Assembly: GCF_018977255.1 (NCBI RefSeq)
Contig: NW_024704743.1
Location: 108,254,001-108,318,000, forward strand
Reading direction: 5' to 3'
DNA: 64,000 nucleotides
DNA from: Callorhinchus milii
Taxonomy: Eukaryota
In this document: one piece after another, positions 52,690 to 64,000 of the stretch
Layout: each line of letters begins with the position of its first letter
Position numbering within the stretch: position 1 is the stretch's first letter
Position numbers and translations under genes: made by a program
Notes under the pieces: model-generated
Told to the model about the DNA's origin: nothing
Seen by the model: the letters and a program-made list of their open reading frames with translations, nothing else
Databases searched by the model: none

Positions 52690-53268
52690 TTGTGTTTGTC
52701 TGTGTGTGTCTCTGTGTTTGTGAGTGTCTATGTGTCTCTCTCTCTCTCTATGTGTTTGTGAGTGTCTGTGTGAGTGTGTGTCTCTCTATGTGTTTGTGAG
52801 TGTCTGTGTGTGAGGATGTCTCTCTATGTATTTGAGAGTGTCTCTGTAAGTGTCTGTGTATATCTCTCTCTACGTGTTTGTGAATGTCTCTATGTGAGTG
52901 TGTCTCTCTTTCTGTGTGTTTCTGAGTGTGTGTGTGAGTGTCTTTTCTTTATATGTATTTGTCAGTCTCTCTATGTGAGTCTGTCTTTCGCCTCTGTATG
53001 TGTGTATGTTTGTGAATGTCCTTGCATGAGTGTGTCTGTGTGTCTCCTCTATATGTATGTGTTTGTGAGTGTGTCTGTGTGTGTCTCTTTTGTGTGTGTG
53101 TTTACGAGGTCTCTGTGTGATTGTCTGTGTTTCTCCTATCTGTGTGTGTGTCTCTCTCTGAGAATGTGTGTCACTCTGAGCGTGTGTGTTTTCTCTGTGT
53201 CTGTGAGTGTCTCTCTCTCTGTTTGTCTGTGTGTCTCTCTCTGGGTCTCTGTTTCTGTATCTGTGTGC
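52690..53268 (+). repeat. Compound (TG)n/(TC)n low-complexity tract
   Basis: Directly visible; explains the spurious C/V/S and T/H/R-rich ORFs. Confidence 0.95.
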
Positions 53269-55717
53269 AGTGCTGCCCCCCCCGAAAGGCACAAGATAGT
53301 GAGCTCCTGTAGCCTCCCTTGGGTCCACTCCGCCACTCCCCCCCCCCCCCCAAAAAACGGTTGTCCAGTTTTTGTTAATGAAGCAATTAATATTTTTTCT
53401 GCAACAATCTAATACATATTATTTCCTCATTTTTAGGTTTTATCAATAACGTGAAAAAATGCAATAAAATGTACCTCAATAGCATCAATCATCCGCCCAC
53501 AATTGTCAAATCTCCGTGCAATTTTTGGCAAATATTTCTGCACTTTTCTATTGGCCCGGCTTATCACATCTTCGAGACATCTCAAAGCACTTCACAGAAT
53601 ATAATGTAAAGTTATAGACTGTATATTTTGTGGACTTTCACTGCTGTGCATTGTGAACCACAAAATAATAGTTTACTCAGTGATCATTTTGACCCAAGTT
53701 GGATTACAATATAATTTACACTTATATAATGCCTTTCATATCAGGAGGATATGCCAAAGCGCTTGACAATTCTGTTTTGGGCACTGGATTAGGCAAAATT
53801 CTAAATAAGAGATTGTCTTGAAATGAAATTGAGGAGTTAAAGATAAATATTTTATGTACATAACAAATCAGTAACTCATCTAATTGACTCTGTTGTGACT
53901 CGGCGACTCCAGATGAAAAAGAATCATACAATAATAAGAATACTTTCATTACCATGACAAAACCTCTCAAAGCACTTTATACAGTGAGTTGATTTAAAGC
54001 GTAGTGACCTTTGTTATACAAATATGCCTGCTAATTTGGACTAGAAAACATCTTCTAAACAGGACTTAGATGAATGATCAATTAATCTGCTTTATGGTGT
54101 ATTTGGTTGAGGAGAAATTTTCAATGTTCTGAACACTGGTAGATCTCCCTGTTCTTCATATAATACTGCTATTGGACTTTTAATATCCAGGTCTTGGTTT
54201 TTGCGTTTGAAGGGTGAAACCACTGACAATGCAGAGCTCCATCTGGTGTGTCAGCCATGTTGTAAAACCAAGCTCTGATGTGTGATTCAAACCCACTGCC
54301 TTCTGATCTAGAGGTGAGAGTGTTACCAATGTAAGCCAAATAGGCATTCAATCTCAACTCCGTGCAGCCTGTTTGCTCTGTATTGATGAGCCTATGCAGA
54401 AACAGCACTTCGGTAACTGAAAAATGCAATAACACTATGAGACAAGTATCCCTATTGCAAATACCCTGGAACCACACTGCTGGGTTGCTATGAGTTTCCT
54501 TCAGTAAACCTTTAACTCCAGCTAGAAGGCACTACGCTAATGATTAGGTGTAAAAATAGCAGGAATCTTAGATGCCCCCAAATACTAGGACAATTTCAGT
54601 TTCAGTCTCTGACATGATAAGTCACTGATGCTACTGATGAATTTTGGATTGGATAGTTGCTTCCCATTGGGGAAGCAGGCTTTCCATTACTGCATCTGAA
54701 CCAAAGCTTTTGGAATCTTGGCAGGAGAAGAGATAGTAATTCAAAGTCACTGGCTTTTGACAGTATTCACACAACTGTCTTGCAAGCTGTTTAGAAGCTT
54801 GGAGACTTGCAAATGGCTTTGTAACGTTAAAAGATTCCTGATGCAAACCTACATAAAGTAAGGAATTAATTTTAGTTTTTTGTAAGGCTTTTCATTTAAA
54901 TCATTACGTTGAATGGGTGTGTATTTGAAGCAAGCAATGTGAGGTTTGATTGACATGTTTTCTAGAGCAAATACTACTAACAGTGTGACTCTATTTTCCT
55001 TTATGCAGCCACATATTTCCATCTTTCAGTCGCTTTATCAGCATGTAATGCCCAATGACGGCACAGTCTGCATTACAGAACTGGTTGCATTGCTACGGTG
55101 TTATTCTTTGCCAGCTGGTACATGTAGCCACCTTGGTGCTAGATGTGTGTNAAAAAAAGTGTTAGAAGTATATCTGTTGTTAAAGTGGGTAAAGTTACCA
55201 GCAAGTGGAGAATAATACAATTTACCGTTCATGCAATCTTTAACTCACAGATTCACTTTGGCAAATGAAGTACGACAGTTCCAGCTTTTGTACTGGTTTC
55301 ACCAACATCACCTATGACTGCTACTTCTTGTCTGACTTTGAATAAATAACGTGGTTCGATTCAGTTAATGTTTGGGGTGAAAAATGCAATGTTTCATATA
55401 GGAATCTGGTATAAAACATTGTCCTTCCCTATCCATTCCAATGCCTGTTTGCGGTTGTTAATATCCCCTCCTCCCCCGCCCCCTTCTCTGGCTTTGGCAT
55501 ACTGATTTGGTTGAAGTTGGCTGCTTTGGTACTTTGCTACCGCTAAGAAGGCCTGATTTTTTTCAGTTTTGGAGCCAAAGTTTGAGTGCTAACGCCTGAG
55601 TTACTTTATTCTCAGACGCAGTAAAGCCATGAGGAGGAATACTGAGTGCTGCAATCTTCGAACCCAACAGTTGTTCCTTATGTGGAACATGTCCCCATGT
55701 CCCTATGTTCCCTATTC

Positions 55718-55858
55718 TAAAGGATAGAGATATGGGGATAGGGCAGGTAAATGGAATTAGGTTAGAAGATCAGCCATGATCATATTAAATGGCAGGGCAG
55801 ACTCGAGGGGCCGAATGGCCTACTCCTGCTCCTACCTCTTATAGTCTTATGGTCTTAT
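55718..55858 (+). mobile_element. CR1-type 3' end
   Basis: gatcagccatgatcatattaaatggcagggcagactcgaggggccgaatggcctactcctgctcct; reverse copy at ~59648-59803. Confidence 0.75.
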
Positions 55859-56055
55859 GTGGGTGGGGGCAGAAGAGTTCACATTCACCACCAGTCTTTG
55901 GGAACGGATAAAAATGCAAAATTTTATACCATATTCAATAATTGTTCACCCACAAAAATTACATGCAGACAGTGCACTTTACAGTATAGCCTGTGAAGCA
56001 TTTGGACTTATATATCCTTGCATTTGAATATAGCGCCTTATCACGTCTTCTAGAC

Positions 56056-56880
56056 AACAACAGCAAAATTACATTTGTATAGCGGGTTTCACATCGGGAG
56101 GATGTCCCAAGGCGCTGGACAGTTCGAGTTTTGGACCCGAGCTGGGGGTCGGGATTGGGGAGGGTGGAGGACAGGAGGGGAAGCAGTGTGATCAAAAGGA
56201 TGGTTGAAGAGGAGTGTCTTGAGATGGGTCTTGAAGGAGGCAAGGGAGGGAGCGACGCGGAGGACTGCGGGATGGAGTTTTAGAGGGTACGGGCAGATTG
56301 GTAGAAGACCCACCCACCAATGGTGGGGCGGACGAGGTAGGGGACATCAGTAGTGTCAGTGACTTGTCATATCAGAGACAGAAACTGAAATTATCCTAGT
56401 ATTTGGGGGCAGAGAGGCAGAAGGCCCGCCTGCCAATGGTGGGGGTGGGGGGCGAGGCGGGCGATGTTGCGGAGGTTGGGGAAGGCAGAGCGGGTTATGG
56501 AAGGATGCGGGGTAGAGGGTTGAGGGTCAAACAAGATAACAAAGTTCTGGAATGGCTTAGCAAGACGGAGTGTGCATTCGTGGATGGTGATGCTGTCAGC
56601 GCCTGAGATGAGGAGGCACTGACAGGAGCCAATCAGGAGGGTCTCGGTCTTGTTGATGTTCAACTGAAGAAAGTTAGCTTTCATCCAGGACTTGATGTCT
56701 GACAAACATTCTGTCAGGACAGCAGTGGTCCTGGAGTCAAGGGTGGAGGCAGAGAGATAGAGTTGGGTGTCATCCGCTTACATGTGGAAGTTGACCTCAT
56801 GTCTACAGATGATGTCACCAAGAGGGAGCACATAGATATTGAAGGAGAGGGGACCAAGGACAGAGCCCTGAGGAACACCA
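56056..56880 (-). mobile_element. Composite L2 (subfamily A) fragments incl. dead RT core
   Basis: [55 protein letters not shown]; 3' end at 56056-56345; second, internally deleted piece from ~56405. Confidence 0.9.
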
Positions 56881-57639
56881 CACGAGACGTCTCAAATAGA
56901 CATGTCGAGGAGCTTCACAGAATATTCTGTGAAGTGAATTGACTGTGTTTTGTGGGCGAAAGACAGCAGCCAGTTGTGCACAGCAGTGTCCCTTAAACAG
57001 TGTGGATTAAGTGATCAAATTATTATTATTATTTGTTTTTTGAATGAAAAGCGAGCTGCCATCCTCCTGATGTGAAAGATGCTCCACCAAATATAAGGAT
57101 TCTCGTTATTATTGTTGTGAAACGTTGCATTCTTTACCTGTTGTGTATTAACATTTGGAACCTCATGACATTTTCTTCCTTTATCTTTCACCACTCAATA
57201 TTTTACCTCTGGCAAGGAGCATTACTTGCCCAATGGTTCCTTCTATGTTCTCCACCTTTGCTACTCATAGGGAGGGTGTCTCGTCTCTTGGGTGGTTTGC
57301 TGAGATGGAGGATTTTAATGGCAACTCCACAATCTATTTATCTGTGGCACAAGGCATTAATGATTTTGGTAGATCTGAAATGTTCTGAGGCAGGCATACC
57401 CACCAGCCCAGCTCACTATCTGTTTTGCTCTCCAGACAATGGTGGCAAGCATTTCCAGCAATCCAATGTTTGCTCGCACTCAGAGGGCGAAGATTCAACT
57501 CCAGGCCTTATCGAAGGCCTACAACACTCTTATGGATGAATTTAGAGAGTCACAGCCAAGTCAAGAGGGAGTAAAATGTTTTAACATTAGCAGTGAAATC
57601 TAAGAGTACTACTTAAATATATTGTTTTCTCTTACTCAG

Positions 57640-57653
57640 GTCGAAGTAAATGA
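57640..57653 (+). CDS. NKAIN3: NKAIN3 terminal coding exon (L-S-K-stop to 57649; C-R-S-K-stop to 57653 if the 82-bp exon is skipped)
   Basis: ttttctcttactcag acceptor then GTCGAAGTAAATGA; CT|G TCG AAG TAA completes the frame with an SK* end, as I recall for NKAIN2; followed by a long retroposon-free tract. Confidence 0.8.
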
Positions 57654-59285
57654 CAGCAGCACATGATCACGGATGGATGGGGCAACAGGAGAAGGAGAGA
57701 TACTTCGAACTACAGTTCAAAGAGAAAACATTCTATCTGATATCAGACGTGGGCATATACTCCCACATCACAATTCATTTTTGACCAAATCTCAAGTCAA
57801 GGCCTAATTTTTTGCAGCCGTCCCTTCTGAACAATGGTTACTGACTGTTCCTTGTGCTTTTCTGTACAATAATGGTATCTTGTATGGAGCGTGTAGTGTA
57901 AAGTATGTACACTGTAGCAAACTTGCAGTGAATTCACTGTAGTCAAGTGATTTGTTTCAGGTATAAACCCAACGAGGAACACAATTATATTACTGGACTT
58001 GTTCTCAGAGGGAATCAATACCTCTGACAGTACCAATTCATCTTTTAAGGCATTTAAATGGGTCAGTTTTCAACATGTACAAAAATACTTTTTTATGGAT
58101 TTATGAAGTATTAATTCTTATCACATTTGTAAGATAATGTAGCATCCCAGTATTTTGTAGTCTTGTGAAGGTTACAGACATTTTAGGTGCACCATGTCTT
58201 TTAGGCCATTCTACAGATTATAGATTAGCTGTGAGAGAAAGAGAGAGAGAGAGGGAGAGAGAACAGATTCTCATTTTTGCTGTGTCCTACTGAGTTTTTT
58301 TGGGGAAAAGAAATCTTCTCCTGGTAATCTGTGGAGTGGTGCATGATTGTTATACCCCAGCTCTTTGTTTCGCCCGACACAATCCTACCGATTTAGAAGG
58401 CATTTGGCAGATTTGAGCATTCATCCAACATATTGTCCAACACAGCTAAAACAGTCTGTATTTAGAACTGAGAAATCACCAGGGCAATAATGCAGACTTG
58501 TTTTTGTATTTTAGATTGGGGGCAATTTCGTAAAGAAAAAAAAACGAAATAGGAAAAGTGTCTCGGATTGGAAACAGAGTGATAGATACAGGGTTTGTGG
58601 ATATTTCCTCCCCCCCATTCCTCCATGGATACATCTTTGGTATGTTAGGGAAAAGTTCTGAAATCGGATGAGGTCTGGTTCATGGATTGAGCATACTTCT
58701 TCAAAACGGGTTGTGTTTCCATTTGGGAAGAGCTCCAGAGAATCTATTTTCTGCTTTGCAAATAAACATCACAAACAGGTTGGAGCAGAAAGTTCCACCT
58801 CTCTTAGCTGTTGCTGAGCATTTCCCTGAGAGCAATGCCTGCACCAAAAAGCATCAGTAGCTTCAGCTTTTATGAGTACCACTAAAAGCAATCTGCTGGT
58901 TCCAGATCGTAACACTGTTCAGATTTCTTTAGTTTCCAAAAAGGCCTTAGACTCTGCTGAGTTTCTGCTGGAAGCAAGTGTGTGTGTGTGTGTTACTAAT
59001 GCAGCCGATGTGCATTGCGTGTTTCAATGGTAGCCTCTAGGTTCTGGATCTCTGGTTGTGGTGAATTGATGGGTAAAGCACATTTTTGCATAACTTTTTT
59101 TAAACAAAATCTTGTACATATATGCACATTCTTATGTGTATTGAGAGTGTTATTGATAGAAACGCGATAAAACAATTTTTACTTACCTAGAAAGCCTGGG
59201 TATCATGTAAAAATCAGTATCAATGGCAAATACTTCATGTCAGTTTAAAATGATTAAATTGTACATTGTATAACAAGCAATGGTC
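57654..59285 (+). other. NKAIN3: Probable NKAIN3 3'UTR
   Basis: ~1.6 kb with no recognisable SINE/LINE in an otherwise repeat-dense window; AATAAA at 58761-58766 and ATTAAA at 59253-59258; repeats resume at ~59310. Confidence 0.6.
59253..59258 (+). terminator. Candidate polyadenylation signal ATTAAA (alternative AATAAA at 58761)
   Basis: Hexamer at the end of the retroposon-free AT-rich tract downstream of the stop codon. Confidence 0.4.
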
Positions 59286-59499
59286 TCTGAATTACACACA
59301 CTACACTTAGTCTTTAAGATCTTAATATTTACACTTTGGAACTCCATCCCACAGTCCCCTCACTTCACTTCCAGCCTTGCCTCCTTCAAGGCCGGTCTCA
59401 AGACCCTCCTCTTTGATCGTGCCTTCAGTTGCCCTCCCACCTCTCTGCTTTCCATCACCCCTAACTCTTCATTGATGTAGAACTTTACCATGTTGTTGA

Positions 59500-60012
59500 G
59501 CTTCACAGCTTTCACTATAATGAGTAATTATTGTATTTTGTGGATGAAAGCAGCGACCAATTTGAGCACAGCAACGACCCACAAACAGCCATGAAGTGAA
59601 AGATCAATTTTGGCTGAGGGATTGTTGGCCAGGATACCAGGAGAACGTAGGAACAGGGACCATTCCCTTTGAGCCTGTTCCGCCATTTAATTAGATCATG
59701 GCTAATCTGTACCTCAACAAATCTATCAACTCCAATTTTCCGCTTTCTCCCCATATCCCTTAATACCCTGACCTACCAAAAATCTATCAATCTCACTCTT
59801 AAAGGTGTGGATGGATCTAGCTGAAGGTGTGGATGAATCCATTCGAAAAGCGAAGAGAAACTCCCTTCGCCTTTCGAATGGTACCATGGGATCTTGATGT
59901 CCACCTGAACAAGGCGACAAGACCTCAGTTTCACGTATCATTCAAAGGACATCACCTGCAACAATGCAGGACCCCGTTCCCCCCAGACATTGAAGAGTCA
60001 GCCTGAACTGTG
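59500..60012 (-). mobile_element. Deu-domain SINE interrupted by a CR1 3' end
   Basis: ttggccaggataccaggagaac | insert | agaaactccct...ccatgggatctt continuity across the insert. Confidence 0.75.
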
Positions 60013-60597
60013 ACTTTCTAGGGGTGGGAAAGCGATCAGCATCAGGAACCTCCCTCCCAACTGATAACCTCCTTCCCTCCTCCCCTCTTCCCCAGCCTAG
60101 AGGTCCTAATATCAATTGTACTGTTCCATCACTAACTTGGAGATTGACAATGATTTATAAACACAACCACTGGGTCCTGTTCAGGAATGAGTAAAGGCAC
60201 CTACAGTTGTTAGTGCAAAGTGCCCCCTCGTGTCGCTTCGAGTAGTTTTGTAGTGCAACTTTCTTTTCAGTGCTTTTTCTCGGGAAATAAGTTGAAAAGG
60301 GAAGTGTAAACTGAGTAACAAAGAAACGTCTATTTCAAGTAGAAAACAAAGACATCTTTTGAAATCTCTTACAGATCTGTTCATTGTACAGTAATATCTA
60401 TAAATATAACCAAAGAATAATAATCCTTTCATTTGATATAGCGCCCTATCGTGTTGTGGAAACATTTCAAAACACTTCACAGAATTTATTATAAACTTTA
60501 GTGACTGTTTTTATAGATGAACATGGCAGCCAATTTGCACACAGCAATTTCCAACAATGACCAATGACCTAAGAGGAGAAAATACTGGACTAAACCA

Positions 60598-60986
60598 CCA
60601 TCGATTGGACTGATTTCAAGATCCTTGCATTCATAAGCAAATCACTTCATGTCCTGGCACCACACTAATCTCTAAGCTCCTTACACCCCACTCCTCTATC
60701 CATCCCCATTGCTCAGCTGCTCATCCTTCATCCCCTCCACGATTCCACCATCAGCAGCTGTGGTTTCAGACACTATGCTCTGAGTCTCTGTCTCTACCTT
60801 AATCCTGCCACCTTGCCCCCTCCTTTCCCACCTTCAGATCACACTCGAAGACATTCCTCTTCGACCGTGCCTATGTCACCTATGCCACCTCCTCTCTCTC
60901 TAGCTCAGCATCATGGTCCCCCACGTTTAAGTGCTCCGAGATGCTACCACACATGAAGGGCGCTACATAAATGCACATTGTTGTTG
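60598..60986 (+). mobile_element. L2 LINE 3' fragment (subfamily B)
   Basis: Degenerate homology to 45395-45780 incl. gagatgctacc...tgaagggcgctacataaatgca tail. Confidence 0.8.
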
Positions 60987-61196
60987 CCATTGCCCTCTCA
61001 CTCTGAACTACGGTAAAACATGTACCATGCTCAGACACAGGAGGGCATATGAGAGCTCCTCTCTGATCCCCATTTTTGCTCCTACAGTGTGTGTGTGTGT
61101 GTGTGTGTAGGCGGTAAGAGAGTAATGATTCAATCTTTATTCTTATTAAGATTATTAGAAAGCTGCAGTTCTCTGTAATACTCCTCAGAGCGATTT

Positions 61197-61514
61197 ATAA
61201 TAATAATAATCCTTGCATTTGATATAGCGCTTTTCACGTCGGGAGGACGTCCCAAAGCGCTTCACAGAACACACTGTAAGGTGAATTGACTGTATATTTG
61301 TGGGCGAACGCGGCAGCCAATTGCGCACAGCAATGTCCCACAAACAGTCGTAGATTGAAAATGACCAATTTAATTATTGTTTTTAGTTTTGGAGGGATTA
61401 TTATTAGGCGTGTGGAGTAAGGAAACTTGCCCAAGGTTTCGCCCTGCCTGGAATTGAACTCAGGTCTCTCACTTGCAAAGCGAGTGCTCTAACCACTGAG
61501 CTACAGGACTCCAC
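61197..61514 (-). mobile_element. Young tRNA-headed SINE
   Basis: Full-length reverse copy retaining many CpGs. Confidence 0.92.
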
Positions 61515-62779
61515 TTTACATCTTATACCACATGCAACTGGTCACCGCTACTCAGAAAAGTCTAAAGGACTGTTTCTCGCAGCCTTCCTGGCCTCGACAA
61601 TGGGACAGACATGATTTTTTTTGTTGCGTGACTCCGTGAAAGGGAACAAATGAGAACATGTTGCTAAATTAGCCACAAATACAGCAGCACTATCCAGCCA
61701 AGTGTGATTTGGCAGCGTTTAAAGAGAGAATTGTGCTCCTGACATGAAAGGCACTATACAAATGTAATTTGTTGTTGTCTTGTGCCGTGGTTTTATTATT
61801 ACGACAACATCCTTATGATGAACCAGATGAGACTCTGATATGGAATCTAAATGCTATTCTTAAATGCGCCTGCCCCCTTGGGGAGGGTTGGAAGAGGAAG
61901 ATGGGAGGAGGAGGGTTGTCAAGAGAGGAGAGCGGAGTAGGTGGGGGTGGTGATGAGCGAGCATATAGGCTCACTTGTAAGCCAAATTTCATATTTCACA
62001 GCTTCACACTAAATAGTGTATTTATACCAAAAGTGTTATGTGCCAAATGTGGTACAGTAACAGCAAATTTGATTCTGATTCAAATATATTTGTGCCTTGG
62101 GTGTTGTAAGAAAAGAGGGCGCTTTAAGAACTCCCATGTAGAATGCAATTGAAAAGGTTAATGAATACCGAGCTTTATCCGGTCTTGAATAAAGTGTAAG
62201 TGAAGGCATGTGGAAGCCACAAAATATGCACAACATTTAGGTAGCTGTCCAATAATAGTAATAATAATAATAATCCTTGCATTTAATATAGCCCCTTTTA
62301 TGGATAAAATGTGGCAGCCAGTTGCGCACAACATAGCCATGGAATGAGTGACCAATTTTATTTCAAGATTGTTGTCCAAGACAATAAGAGAAAATCCCTT
62401 CTCTTTTCAAATTGTGCCATGGGACCTGTAACGTCCACCTGAACAGGCAGATTTGGACGGGAACTCGGTTTAACGTATCATCCAAAGGACAGCACCTCCA
62501 ACAATGCTACACACCCCCAGCACTGGAGTATCATCTTATAATGTTACTATTTCTAGTTGTGAGCAGACAATCCATCAGAAAAACGTTACTTTGCTTGTGA
62601 AATTCCCTCCTCTGTACACAATTCACCTAATAATTCACTGAAGTTACTCCATTTGTTATGCTCATTCTTTCTGTGCTTCTTAAATAATGAAAGGAACACT
62701 CATATTATCACTTTTGCATTATTTTTCCTAAATCTGTCCACCTATGTACCCTGCACTCATTTAGTTCCTTTAGGGATGG

Positions 62780-63395
62780 TTTTGATAAGGTAAATACATA
62801 GTTTAACAAAGTGACGAGTCAGTATCGGAAGTCACAAGGTAGTATAAATGTACAATTACACTAACATATCTGAAAGAGAGTTTAGGAGGAACTTCTTTAC
62901 TCACTGTGGTTGAAGCAAAACACATCAACGCATTAAGCGGAAACGTAATGCATACATGTAAGAACAGGGAATAGAAGGATATGGGGAGACACTAGGGAGA
63001 CAGAATTAGGAGGGTTGGAGGCTCATGTAAAGTATAAACATTGACATGGATTAGTTGGGCTCAACAGCCTGTTTCTGTGCTGAAGATTCTATGCAATTCC
63101 ATTTAATTCTAGTTTGAAGAAAGCATAAATTGAGGATCATCGCCATAAGAAAATGAAAAAATTAGAATATATTTTTGCACGGAGATTTGCTCAAATGCTG
63201 GACCATAAATGGGTGTTTTAGCCAAATCCTTAACAACATTTTAAAGAGAATTGGATACTTACTTGAGAAAATCAATATTAAAGGGTACTGTGAAAGAGCA
63301 GGGGAATTGAAACAGATGGCACTAGTGGGGAAGTTTTGCTTGCACCAGGCATGATGGACTGAATGGCCTCCTTCTGTGCTGTGAACTTCTGATGC
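62780..63395 (+). mobile_element. Two tandem degenerate CR1 3' fragments
   Basis: aggaggaacttctttactca, gggaatagaaggatatgggg, gatggactgaatggcctccttctgtgctgt motifs. Confidence 0.72.
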
Positions 63396-64000
63396 ACTTC
63401 AGTTATGCTAAATAGCCTTCCTTCTCTTGCCTCTCTTATGCTTTGTGCAGCATCTTGAAAATTCCATTTAAATTAGACATCAAAGGCAGCTATTGCCCCA
63501 ACAAAGATATATAGTATTTTGATAAACTCTTAAAAGAGCTAGTTCACATTTTGATCTCTGTGGTTTTTTGACACATTAAGCGTTCCCATTGTTAGCTCAC
63601 AGCCTCACACTAAAACCAGCTCCACGAGGTACGCAAAGGGGCTGTCAATCATATTTGACGCAGGCTTTGCTGGTGCTATGAAATCCTCCCAACATGAAAG
63701 CACTGTATCAAATGCAAGGATTATTATATCATAAAGCCTTCCACTCAGGTGCCTTCCTGGAATGTGGTCAAACATTGCCTCGCCAAACAGTTCAGGAAAC
63801 AACCCAGTTCACACCAGAGAATATTTTGGATAACTGACAGTGTATTAATGATAATATTATACTGAATTAAATGATACTAATTCAAGTTGATAACTGCTAC
63901 AGTGAAATAATTTGACATGCAGGGCATGCTGAGGCAAACAGCTAGTTTGGTTAACTGGTCGATTTAGATAAGTGGCATGTAGATAAATGTCTTCTGATTG

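Noticed and set aside
52774..53412. 212-aa Cys/Val-rich and 152-aa Thr/His-rich ORFs
   Set aside because: Translations of TG/TC low-complexity sequence.
57640..57650. CRSK as a CaaX prenylation motif
   Set aside because: R-S-K does not fit aliphatic-aliphatic-X.

Overview
Eukaryotic (vertebrate) genomic DNA. The repeat landscape (L2 and CR1 LINEs, Deu-domain and tRNA-headed SINEs) suggests a cartilaginous fish such as a chimaera, but this is inference. The window holds the 3' part of one + strand gene, NKAIN3 (Na+/K+-ATPase interacting 3): coding exons at 25039-25236, 38656-38716, 46637-46718 and a tiny terminal coding exon at 57640, followed by an apparently retroposon-free ~1.6 kb 3'UTR. 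I could not find the upstream exons, so bases 1-25038 are probably one long intron. The rest is intron/flank packed with two L2 subfamilies, CR1 3' fragments, at least three SINE families, foldback/MITE relics, a 26-bp minisatellite and simple repeats. Nearly all ORFs in the supplied track are LINE fragments or noise. I see no prokaryotic-type system (no CRISPR, operon or rRNA) and nothing I can firmly call a new biological system. The best leads are: (i) a dual-frame terminal NKAIN3 exon ending in Ser-Lys-stop in two frames; (ii) a chimeric young SINE with its apparent progenitor in the same intron, sharing one 3' tail with an L2 and a Deu-SINE; (iii) repeated nested insertion into that shared tail; (iv) a multi-copy foldback element family. 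Repeat boundaries were read by eye and are approximate.
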